Source of the DNA: an uncultured Methanomassiliicoccus sp.
Lineage (GTDB): Archaea; Thermoplasmatota; Thermoplasmata; Methanomassiliicoccales; Methanomassiliicoccaceae
Length of the DNA: 64,000 nucleotides
Assembly: GCA_905202485.1 (NCBI GenBank)
Contig: CAJKRY010000001.1
Span: 92,456-156,455, forward strand
Reading direction: 5' to 3'
Part shown: piece by piece, positions 48,478-57,800 of the stretch
Position numbering within the stretch: the first letter of the stretch is position 1
Layout of the letters: the number at the start of each line of letters is the position of its first letter
Position numbers and translations under genes: made by a program
Notes under the pieces: model-generated
Seen by the model: only the letters and a program-made list of their open reading frames with translations
Told to the model about the DNA's origin: nothing
The model's database searches: none

Positions 48478-50040
48478 ATGGATACGAAGATGTTCTGTTT
48501 TCAGTGTGAACAAACTGCCGGATGTAAAGGGTGCACTGGCGAAAGCGGAGTATGCGGAAAGCCTTATGCAGTGGCAAATGCACAAGACGAGCTGACACAA
48601 GTGTTGATCAGCCTTTCACAGTCTCTTGATGGAAAAACACCTGATGATGAACAGCGCCGCCTCATGCTTGAAGGACTGTTCAGCACAGTCACTAACGTCA
48701 GCTTTGACGGTGAAAAGGTATCTGCATTAACCAATGAAATTAAATCGCTGTGTTCCTGCAGCAGCTGCGAACATCATGCATTCCAACTATGGACTGAAGA
48801 GGAAGATATCCGCTCTCTCAAATCACTTATTCTATTCGGCCTGAGGGGAATGGCAGCCTATGCACACCATGCGATGATTCTTGGGTATCAGGACAATGAA
48901 GTTTCGGACTTCTTTTTTGAAGGCTTAAGAGCCGTGGGAGATCAGAAAGCAGACATGAGCGGACTGCTGCTTGTTGTAATGGAAGTCGGCAGAATCAACC
49001 TCAAATGCATGGAACTGCTTGATAAAGCCAATACTGAAACGTATGGAAACCCTGTGCCGACAACTGTTTCACTTACTGTAGACAAGGGTCCGTTTATCAT
49101 TGTGACGGGACATGACTTGAAAGATCTGAAGCTTCTTCTTGAACAGACGGAAGGAAAAGGAATTAATATTTACACACACGGAGAAATGCTGCCTGCTCAT
49201 GCATATTCAGAACTTAAGAAATACAGCCATCTCAAAGGCAATTTCGGTACTGCCTGGCAGAATCAGAGAAAAGAATTCTCCGATATTCCGGCACCTATTC
49301 TGTTTACAACGAACTGCCTGATGCCGCCTAAGCAGAACTATGCAGACCGTATATTCACGACAGGAGTCGTGACATTTCCTGGAGCCGTGCACATCAATGA
49401 AAATAAGGATTTTACGCCGGTCATCGAAAAAGCGCTGGAACTCGGAGGTTATGCTAATGATGTAGAGTTCACAGGCATAAACGGCGGTAAAGAAGTCACA
49501 ACTGGTTTTGGACATGCCGCTGTGCTATCAATTGCAGATAGGATTATTGATGCCATCCACAGCGATGCAATCAAACATTTCTTCCTGGTAGCAGGATGCG
49601 ACGGAGCAAAATCTGGACGCAGTTACTACACAGACTTTGTCAAACTGACACCGCCTGACTCCATAGTGCTGACCTTAGCATGCGGCAAATACCGGTTCAA
49701 TGATCTTGATCTAGGCACTATTGCAGGCATCCCCAGACTGTTGGATATGGGACAGTGCAATGATGCATACAGTGCAATACGTGTAGCTGTGGAGCTTGCT
49801 AATGCCCTGGACTGCGGCGTAAACGATCTGCCGCTTTCATTTGTCATTTCCTGGTATGAACAGAAGGCAGTCAGTATTCTGCTGACTCTGCTGTATCTCG
49901 GAATCAAAAACATCCGCCTGGGTCCATCTATTCCGGCATTCATCTCCCCAAACGTTCTGGCATACCTTGTTGAGAACTTTGGCATTGCTCCGACAACTAC
50001 ACCAAAAGAAGATATGAAAGACCTGCTCCGACAGACCTGA
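48478..50040 (+). CDS. hcp: hybrid cluster protein / hydroxylamine reductase
   Basis: N-terminal Cys cluster MFCFQCEQTAGCKGCTGESGVCGK and full-length Hcp/prismane similarity. Confidence 0.9.
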   Translation: MDTKMFCFQCEQTAGCKGCTGESGVCGKPYAVANAQDELTQVLISLSQSLDGKTPDDEQRRLMLEGLFSTVTNVSFDGEKVSALTNEIKSLCSCSSCEHHAFQLWTEEEDIRSLKSLILFGLRGMAAYAHHAMILGYQDNEVSDFFFEGLRAVGDQKADMSGLLLVVMEVGRINLKCMELLDKANTETYGNPVPTTVSLTVDKGPFIIVTGHDLKDLKLLLEQTEGKGINIYTHGEMLPAHAYSELKKYSHLKGNFGTAWQNQRKEFSDIPAPILFTTNCLMPPKQNYADRIFTTGVVTFPGAVHINENKDFTPVIEKALELGGYANDVEFTGINGGKEVTTGFGHAAVLSIADRIIDAIHSDAIKHFFLVAGCDGAKSGRSYYTDFVKLTPPDSIVLTLACGKYRFNDLDLGTIAGIPRLLDMGQCNDAYSAIRVAVELANALDCGVNDLPLSFVISWYEQKAVSILLTLLYLGIKNIRLGPSIPAFISPNVLAYLVENFGIAPTTTPKEDMKDLLRQT

Positions 50041-50157
50041 TAAGTTTCATCTAAGCGCTTCAGAGCTGTCTGGAGCACTTTTTATTTATTTTATATTGAT
50101 ATCCTCAGAGTTACTGATCTCTATATATGCGTCAATAGCATTTCAGATAAGACAGAC

Positions 50158-50781
50158 ATGGAGAAATATGAAAAGTATCTGCACATGCTGGTGGATGAAA
50201 TCCACTCCACAATTTTTGCTACAGTAGACAGCAGCGGAAATCCTGTGACTTGTGCAATAGACATAATGCTAGCAGATGAAGATGGGCTATACTTTCTGAC
50301 CGCCAAAGGAAAAGCATTCTATGAACGCCTTGTAGCTCATCCGATTATATCGCTTACAGGAGTAAAAGGCAAAGACACCATGTCTTCAAAGTCTGTGACA
50401 ATCTGCGGAAAGGTAAAGGAGATTGGAGACGGCCTCCTTTCCGAAATTTTCGCAAAGAATCAGTACATGGCTGATATATATCCTGAAGAAAAAAGCCAGA
50501 AAGCATTGACTGTCTTTCAGATTTATGAAGGTGAGGGGGAGTTCTTTGATCTCAGTGTAAAGCCGATATTCAGAGAAAAGTTTTCATTTGGAAATACTGC
50601 CGTCAAGGAAACAGGATACTTTGTCACAGGAAAATGCGACGGCTGCGGATTATGCGTCGATATCTGTCCTCAGAAATGCATTGATGCATCATGTATTCCA
50701 TTTAGAATTGAAGAGGAACACTGCCTGCATTGCGGCAGATGTGCTGAAGTATGCAACCAGCAGGCCATAGAAAGAAGATGA
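50158..50781 (+). CDS. pyridoxamine-5'-phosphate-oxidase-like FMN-binding split-barrel domain fused to 2x[4Fe-4S] ferredoxin
   Basis: N-terminal PNPOx-like fold (IFATVDSSGNPVTCAIDIM), C-terminal CDGCGLCVDICP and CLHCGRCAEVCN. Confidence 0.6.
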   Translation: MEKYEKYLHMLVDEIHSTIFATVDSSGNPVTCAIDIMLADEDGLYFLTAKGKAFYERLVAHPIISLTGVKGKDTMSSKSVTICGKVKEIGDGLLSEIFAKNQYMADIYPEEKSQKALTVFQIYEGEGEFFDLSVKPIFREKFSFGNTAVKETGYFVTGKCDGCGLCVDICPQKCIDASCIPFRIEEEHCLHCGRCAEVCNQQAIERR

Positions 50782-51554
50782 TAAAAATGAAACAGGAAAA
50801 ACGCCTCCAATGGCTGATTGAATATCTTCTGCAAGAAAATGAAGACTATCGAAAAATACCGTCGTCTGAGTATGAAAGAAAACAGTTGCTGCGGGCCTTG
50901 ATGAATGTAAGGATGCCAAACGGAATTGACGAAAAATTCTTAGAAATACAGGATGAGTATCTCTCAGAAGAACTGTCAAAGAAGACGATTGCTTCATTGA
51001 AGAATATTAGCCCTGTGGATGAGCATATTTACCTCTGGAAAGGAGATATTACCACACTGGAAGTGGATGCCATTGTTAATGCTGCCAACAGCTCGCTTTT
51101 AGGATGCTTCGTTCCCGGGCATGCCTGTATTGATAATGCAATTCATTCTGCAGCAGGAGTGCAACTCAGGCTTGCATGCGATGAAATCATAACGAAGCAG
51201 GGAAAGAAAGAACCCACTGGAACATCTAAGATAACTTTTGCATACAATCTGCCGTGCCGTTATGTCATTCATACGGTCGGACCGATAATTCAAAATGAAG
51301 TCACAAAGAGAGAATGCGATCTGCTCGAATCCTGCTACATGTCGTGTCTGAATCTTGCTGCTGATCATGATGTAAAAAGCATAGCCTTATGCTGTATATC
51401 TACGGGAGAGTTTCATTTCCCCAATGAGCTTGCAGCCGAGATTGCTGTGCACTCTGTGAAAAAATTCCTAAATAATCATAAAATGGACGTAATATTCAAT
51501 GTTTTCAAAGAAGTGGACTATGATATCTACAGACGATTACTCAATACAAATTGA
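50778..51554 (+). CDS. macrodomain protein (MacroD-type ADP-ribosyl hydrolase, SirTM-associated type)
   Basis: GDITTLEVDAIVNAANSSLLG...GACIDNAIHSAAG macrodomain motifs after an about 90-aa helical N-extension; ATG overlaps upstream stop (ATGA). Confidence 0.75.
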   Translation: MIKMKQEKRLQWLIEYLLQENEDYRKIPSSEYERKQLLRALMNVRMPNGIDEKFLEIQDEYLSEELSKKTIASLKNISPVDEHIYLWKGDITTLEVDAIVNAANSSLLGCFVPGHACIDNAIHSAAGVQLRLACDEIITKQGKKEPTGTSKITFAYNLPCRYVIHTVGPIIQNEVTKRECDLLESCYMSCLNLAADHDVKSIALCCISTGEFHFPNELAAEIAVHSVKKFLNNHKMDVIFNVFKEVDYDIYRRLLNTN

Positions 51555-52371
51555 ACGCCTCCAATGCGAGCTTGATTGTGCTGATGCCATATTGGTAGGC
51601 GGCGGTTCAGGCCTGTCTACATCTGCAGGTTTGACATATTCTGGAAAACGATTTGAAGAAAACTTCTCAGATTTCATTTCCAGATACGGTTTCAGAGATA
51701 TGTATTCTGCAGGATTCTATCCATATCAAACGACAGAAGAATACTGGGCATACTGGAGCAGGCATATTTATTTCAACAGATACGACAGGCCTGCCGGACA
51801 GCCATACTTAGATTTATTAAAAATTGTAAAGAAAAAGGATTATTTTGTAATTACAACCAATGTGGATCATCAATTTCAAATCTCCGGATTTGATAAAGAC
51901 AGATTGTTTTACACGCAGGGAGATTATGGACTGTGGCAGTGCTCAAAACCGTGCCATCAGAAGACATATGACAATGAAGCGATTGTACGTCGCATGGTAT
52001 CTGAACAAAAAGACATGAAAATACCTGCAGGACTCATACCATACTGTCCCCTCTGCGGAAGAAAAATGAGCATGAATCTGCGCATTGACAATAACTTTGT
52101 AGAAGATGAAGGCTGGCATTCGGCAACAAAACGCTACTCTCAGTATATACAGAAACATCAAAACAGCCATGTTATGTTTTTAGAGTTGGGAGTAGGAAGC
52201 AATACTCCGGCCATTATCAAATATCCATTCTGGAATATGACACATTCAAACCCAAAAGCAGTTTATGCCTGCATAAATCTGGGTGAAGCATACACAGCTA
52301 AAGAGATCAAAGATCGTTCCATATGCATTAATGAAGACATAGGTAAAGTTCTGAGAGAGATTGTTGCATAA
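51499..52371 (+). CDS. macrodomain-linked sirtuin (SirTM-like, SIR2 family)
   Basis: Rossmann motif ILVGGGSGLSTSAGL (GAGIS-like), TTNVDHQFQ (catalytic His region), Zn ribbon CSKPC...CPLCG; overlaps macro gene 3' end. Confidence 0.65.
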   Translation: MFSKKWTMISTDDYSIQIERLQCELDCADAILVGGGSGLSTSAGLTYSGKRFEENFSDFISRYGFRDMYSAGFYPYQTTEEYWAYWSRHIYFNRYDRPAGQPYLDLLKIVKKKDYFVITTNVDHQFQISGFDKDRLFYTQGDYGLWQCSKPCHQKTYDNEAIVRRMVSEQKDMKIPAGLIPYCPLCGRKMSMNLRIDNNFVEDEGWHSATKRYSQYIQKHQNSHVMFLELGVGSNTPAIIKYPFWNMTHSNPKAVYACINLGEAYTAKEIKDRSICINEDIGKVLREIVA

Positions 52372-52525
52372 GATATTACAAAGATTCAATAGCTTAAAGT
52401 TTGAGCAAACTCTAAGTTTAAATAATATGTGTGATGTCCCTGTAATCAATCGAAGAATTCAGAAAATCAATGAAATGATACTTTCAAAATTACACTGAAG
52501 ACTATACAGATAAGGAGGAGCTAAA

Positions 52526-53665
52526 ATGGAAAAATCAAAAGTTTACTATACTGACCTACGCACAGTTGCATTCGGCAACGGACTGCCTGCTAAACTTAAA
52601 GAATTGATCAAAGCTGCTGGAATTGAGCAGATCGATATGAGAGGCAAGTTTGTTGCTATAAAGATGCACTTCGGTGAACTGGGCAACATCTCATACCTGC
52701 GTCCAAACTATGCTAAAGCTGTTGCTGATTTAGTCAAAGAATTGGGAGGAAGACCATTTCTGACTGACTGTAATACAATGTACCCTGGAAGCCGCAAAAA
52801 TGCTCTGGAGCATCTGGAATGCGCATGGGAAAACGGTTTTACACCTCTATCTACAGGCTGCCCGATCATAATCGGCGACGGTCTGAAAGGCACCGATGAC
52901 ATCTCTGTACCAGTTGTAGACGGAGAATATGTCAAAAACGCCAAGATAGGCCGTGCAATAATGGATGCTGATGTAATCATCAGTCTGACTCATTTTAAAG
53001 GCCATGAAATGACAGGCTTTGGAGGTGCGATTAAAAACTTAGGCATGGGCTGCGGTTCCCGCGCTGGAAAAACAGAACAGCACAGCAACAGTCAGGCATG
53101 CATCGATGAAGAGAAATGCCGCGGGTGCCGCTTATGCCAAAGAGAGTGTGCCAACAACGGCCTGATCTTTGATGAAAAGAAAAAGAAGATGAGCATTGAC
53201 TCTAAAAATTGTGTAGGGTGCGGCCGCTGTCTGGGAGCATGCAACTTTGATGCCATTTCATTTGATAATTCCAGTGCCCTGGAAGAATTGAACTGCCGCA
53301 TGGCTGAGTATACAAAAGCTGTTGTTTACGGCCGTCCGCAGTTCCATGTATCTCTGATTATCGATGTCTCACCTAACTGCGACTGCCACTGCGAGAATGA
53401 TGTACCCATCCTGCCAAACATCGGAATGTTCGCATCGTTTGACCCGTTAGCTCTCGATCAAGCATGTGTCGATGCCTGTCTTGCAGCTCAGCCGTTACCT
53501 AACAGCCAGCTCAGTGACAACATGAAGAAAAAAGACTTTGTTGATCATCATGACCACTTCACCAATTCCACTCCTGAGTCAGAATGGCAGAGCTGCCTGA
53601 ATCATGCTGAAAAGATCGGCCTGGGAAGCAGATCTTATGATCTGATGTTTGTAAAAACAAATTAA
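52526..53665 (+). CDS. DUF362 domain protein with inserted 2x[4Fe-4S] ferredoxin domain
   Basis: DUF362-like N-terminal (VAIKMHFGELGN...FLTDCNTMY) and CRGCRLCQREC / CVGCGRCLGACNFDAI clusters. Confidence 0.6.
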   Translation: MEKSKVYYTDLRTVAFGNGLPAKLKELIKAAGIEQIDMRGKFVAIKMHFGELGNISYLRPNYAKAVADLVKELGGRPFLTDCNTMYPGSRKNALEHLECAWENGFTPLSTGCPIIIGDGLKGTDDISVPVVDGEYVKNAKIGRAIMDADVIISLTHFKGHEMTGFGGAIKNLGMGCGSRAGKTEQHSNSQACIDEEKCRGCRLCQRECANNGLIFDEKKKKMSIDSKNCVGCGRCLGACNFDAISFDNSSALEELNCRMAEYTKAVVYGRPQFHVSLIIDVSPNCDCHCENDVPILPNIGMFASFDPLALDQACVDACLAAQPLPNSQLSDNMKKKDFVDHHDHFTNSTPESEWQSCLNHAEKIGLGSRSYDLMFVKTN

Positions 53666-53675
53666 GTGAAAAACA

Positions 53676-53706
53676 GCCTCCTTTTGGAGGCATTTGATAT
53701 TTTTTA
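53676..53706 (+). terminator. hairpin GCCTCC-tttt-GGAGGC followed by T-rich run
   Basis: Perfect 6-bp stem 53676-53691, then atttgatatttttt; 10 nt after DUF362 stop. Confidence 0.45.
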
Positions 53707-53761
53707 ATTATAATCTAAATTGGAATAACTCTACATTATTCAATTGTTTCTCAAAATCATT

Positions 53762-53820
53762 CTATATCGCATCGTGATATAGTTTATATATCATGACGTG
53801 ATATAGTGTAATGTGATATA
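53762..53820. promoter_or_regulatory. candidate PadR operators: two palindromes with GATAT half-sites plus a third half-site
   Basis: CTATATC-gcatcgt-GATATAG (53762-53782), ATATCA-tgacg-TGATAT (53788-53804), gtgatata (53813-53820), all within 65 bp upstream of padR. Confidence 0.4.
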
Positions 53821-53826
53821 AGAAGA

Positions 53827-54153
53827 GTGAAGGAAATGAATCTGGACAAAGCAATGAAACGATACATTCCAATGAGTGAGACCATGTTCTACATTCTCCT
53901 ATCTCTTCGTGAAGAACGCCATGGATATGGAATAATGCAACATGTTGAAGAACTGACACATGGAAGAATCAAGCTTGGAGCAGGAACCATCTATCAAAGT
54001 CTAAGTAAACTGAACGGAGACGAGCTTATCAGACCAACTGAAGAAGTAGACAGGCAGAAAAAATATGTGATTACTGAGTTAGGAAATCAAATTTTGACAA
54101 AAGAAGCAGACAGAATAAGAGAACTATACAGCGCAGTGGAGGAGTTGCTATGA
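53827..54153 (+). CDS. PadR-family transcriptional regulator
   Basis: Winged HTH YILLSLREERHGYGIMQHVEELTHGRIKLGAGTIYQSLSKL typical of PadR. Confidence 0.75.
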   Translation: MKEMNLDKAMKRYIPMSETMFYILLSLREERHGYGIMQHVEELTHGRIKLGAGTIYQSLSKLNGDELIRPTEEVDRQKKYVITELGNQILTKEADRIRELYSAVEELL

Positions 54154-54689
54154 ATGATAAAAAGACTGAATTGTTTGCTGGATTCAAATATTATGTACCA
54201 GCAGACTTTGAAAAATTCATGGAAAAGAATGCTGCAGAAGGATGGAATGTTGATGAAATTCATCAATGGAGTTCAGTAGCTATGAAGTTTCATAGAACTG
54301 AGCCTAAAAAATATAGATATGTCATAGATCTGAACGCATTTCCCACTGAAGAATATAAAGAAACATACAGACAGTTTGGTTGGGAGTATATGGGCAGAAT
54401 GGCAAGCATGTATGTCTGGAGAAGAGAATATTCAGACGAAAGGCCAGAAGCATTCACAGACTGTCAGAGTGTAAGAAAAAGAAATATGAATGTGTTTTGG
54501 GTAATCACAGCACTAAACATATTTCTGATTGCCTCGATGATCGCCTTGACGGTATTGTACTTTGGAGATTACACTTCAGAAGTTTCAGAAGATCTGGTTG
54601 GCTACTCAATAGCAATGGTTCTTCTGGCAGCTATGACCGCAATAATGCTTTATGTATCCAATGGAATCTATAAAAATAGACAAAGGTGA
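54150..54689 (+). CDS. DUF2812-like PadR-associated membrane protein
   Basis: ATGA overlap with padR; soluble N-domain (AEGWNVDEI) plus two C-terminal TM helices, the usual partner architecture of PadR. Confidence 0.5.
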   Translation: MNDKKTELFAGFKYYVPADFEKFMEKNAAEGWNVDEIHQWSSVAMKFHRTEPKKYRYVIDLNAFPTEEYKETYRQFGWEYMGRMASMYVWRREYSDERPEAFTDCQSVRKRNMNVFWVITALNIFLIASMIALTVLYFGDYTSEVSEDLVGYSIAMVLLAAMTAIMLYVSNGIYKNRQR

Positions 54690-54804
54690 AACTAAGCCCC
54701 TAAAAGGGCATTAATTTATTTATAATCAGAATTATTTAATAAGTATTTGAAACATATATAAGATAATAAAGAAATAACAAGGGGATTTTCTCCCCGTTTT
54801 AAAT

Positions 54805-57800
54805 TTATTTTGAAGGAGTCAGGGCAATGACTACCTTTTCTCCTTCGATGTCCCAATCGACAGAATACTCTCCTGCAGGAGCATCTGAAATAATCAGATC
54901 TGTAGATCTGGTTTCTTTCATGATATGTTCTTTCCATGCCGACACGGCATCTGCAAGAGACCCGGCGTTAATTTCTGCAGAAACAAAACTTTCAACATCA
55001 AGCTTCATGTCTTTACGCATCTGCTGAATACGCCTGATCACTTCTCTTGCATATCCTTCCAGTTTGAGATCTTCATCGAGATTGAAGTCAATGTAGAGGT
55101 CTCCGCGGCTGAACGGCACGGCAATAACATCAGACGGCGGAACATAATTGTAGGAAACCATTTCTTCTGTGATTTCATAGGTTTCTCCGTCAATCTCAAG
55201 CGTGTATGCACCAGCATCTGTTCCAGCTTTGATAGCACGGGCATCGCCTTCCTTGATTGCAGGAATGATCTTTGCCGATGCCTGCTTGTATGTGTGGCCG
55301 ATCGGTTTAGGCACAGGACTCACGACAAGCAGAAGCTCATCCCAATTGTTTGAAGAGTATTCAATCTCTTTCACATTAGCCTGGGAAAGCAGAACTTCTT
55401 CCATCCTTTTGATTAAGCCTTCAACCTCTGGAGCATTTATTCTGACAACGATTCTGCGCAGAGGCCAGCGGAGTTTGACATTGTTCTTCTGCCTCTCTCT
55501 TGTAATGTCTTCCACTAATTCCTGCATCAGTTCCATTGAAGCTTCGAGATTGTCATCAATGAGAGACTTATCAATGGTGGGCCAGTCAGACATATGGATT
55601 GTTTCTTTGCTGCCATCCATTGCCATGTAAATCTCGTCGGTGATATGAGGGCAGAATGGGGACAGCAGTTTCACAACAGCCATCAGCGAGGAATACAGAG
55701 TATTGTAGGCTGCAAGCTTATCTTCATCTGCAGACTCACTCCACATCCTGTCTCTGATCAAACGGACATACCATCTTGAGAGATCTCCAAGAATGAAGTC
55801 TTCCAGTGCACGGCATGCTTTGTGAATGTCGAGAGACTCAAGATTTTCAGTCACAGCCATCTTAAGCTTCTCCGTCCTGGACATTAGCCAGAGATCTTCG
55901 GGACGCAGCGAGTCTTTAGAGACTTTCTGAGTCTGAGGATCAAAGTTGTCTATCGACATATATGTAGAAGCAAAGCTGGCTACATTCCAGAGAATATTCA
56001 GAGTTTTTCTTGCACTCTTAACGCCGTCATGCTGGAAAGACACATCTTCCCAAGGAGATGAAACACGGAGAAGATAGAAACGCAGAGCATCTGCACCATA
56101 TTCTGTGATTACATCGTGAGGCTCCACCACATTTCCGCGGCTCTTTGACATCGGAAGTCCTTTGGCATCAAGCATCCAGCCGTGCATCAGAACTCTCTCA
56201 TAGGGAGCTCTGTCAAAGGCCACGCATGAAGATCCCAGCTGAGAATAGAACCATCCTCTGGTCTGGTCATGCGCTTCGGTGATGAACTTTGCCGGCCACC
56301 ATCTTTCAAACTCTTCGGTCTTGCGGGGCCATCCCAGAGCTGCCCAGGAAGCAACACCGGCATCAAACCAGACATCGAGAACATCCGGAGCACGCTTCAT
56401 CTTACCGCCGCATTCGCAGTCAAACGTTACGTTGTCAATCCAGGGACGGTGAAGATCCATTCCTTCTTCATAGCCTTCAGCGCCTTTGAGATCATCGGCA
56501 GAACCTATGACTTTCATTTTGCCGCAGGAGCATGTCCAGACTGGAATTGGAATACCCCAGTATCTCTGACGGGAAATGCACCAGTCGCGAGCATTCATTG
56601 TCCAGTCATATTCTCTAGAAGAGCCGGCCCATTCCGGAACCCAATCAATCCTGGAAATCTCATCTAACATTTTGTCCTTGACTTCAGTTATCCTCAGGTA
56701 CCATTGATTTGTGTTGCGGTAGATGATAGGAGAACGGCATCTCCAGCAGTGTCCGTAACGATGTTCGATTTTTCCTGAGAAGAACATCAGACCCTTAGAT
56801 TCCAGATTTTCAATGATCAGTGGGTTTGCTTCCTTGACTTTCATTCCGGCATAACGCTCTCCGACTTCTGGAATGAATCTTCCGCCGCCGTCTACTGGAC
56901 AAAACGGAGGTATGCCATATCTCTTACCGATCTCAAAATCGTCAGGACCATGTCCAGGAGCAATATGCACCAGACCAGTCATGTCTTCTTCTACAGTATC
57001 TGAAAGAAGAACCTTGTGAACCCATTCTCCGGTGATTGTTCTCTGAGAGTCTATCTCCTCATAGAGGGGAGGGAGATATTCCATGCCTTCGATGTCTTCC
57101 CCCATATAGGTCTCTAAAATTTCATATCCAGCCCATCCCCCAACTGCTCCTACAGCCTCTATGAGAGATTTCATCATGATGACCGTGTCTTCGGCACCGT
57201 CTTTCTTGAATTTGACTTTAGCATATTCATGATCTGGATGAGCTGCAACTCCCATGTTTGCAGGCAGAGTCCAAGGTGTCGTTGTCCAGATAAGTAAAGA
57301 AACTCCCTTCTCGTTTTTCAGAGGGAACTTCACGTAAATTGAAGGATCTGTCTCATCTGCATATTCGATCTCTGCTTCTGCGAGAGCTGTTTCACATCTC
57401 GGACACCAAGATATGACCCTGTTGTCTGAAGAGAGCAGATTCTTCTCGTGAGCCTTTTTCAAAGTCCACCATGCAGCCTCAATGTATTCAGGAGCAAGAG
57501 TACGGTAAGGTCTGTCCCAGTCCATCCAGATACCTAACTCTTTGAACTGGTCTGTCATCATTTCCTGATGAGACAAAGCAAAATCTTTACACTTTGAGAT
57601 GAAGTTGTCAATACCAAAACTCTCGATTTCTTTCTTGCTTTTAATTCCTATCGACTGCTCGACTTTAACTTCAATAGGCAGCCCGTGCATGTCGAATCCA
57701 GGCTGGTCACGGACGTTGTATCCGCACATCCTTTTATAACGAATAATAGAATCTTTAATCGTCTTGTTCCATGCAGTACCGAGATGGATATACCCAGTGG

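Noticed and set aside
54716-54937. 73-aa minus-strand ORF overlapping the ileS stop region
   Set aside because: Arg/Cys-rich out-of-frame overlap with the ileS 3' end; no support
54925-56667. Several 60-140-aa ORFs antisense to ileS (e.g. 54925..55353, 55202..55630, 56269..56667)
   Set aside because: All lie fully inside the isoleucyl-tRNA synthetase gene on the opposite strand; no independent signals
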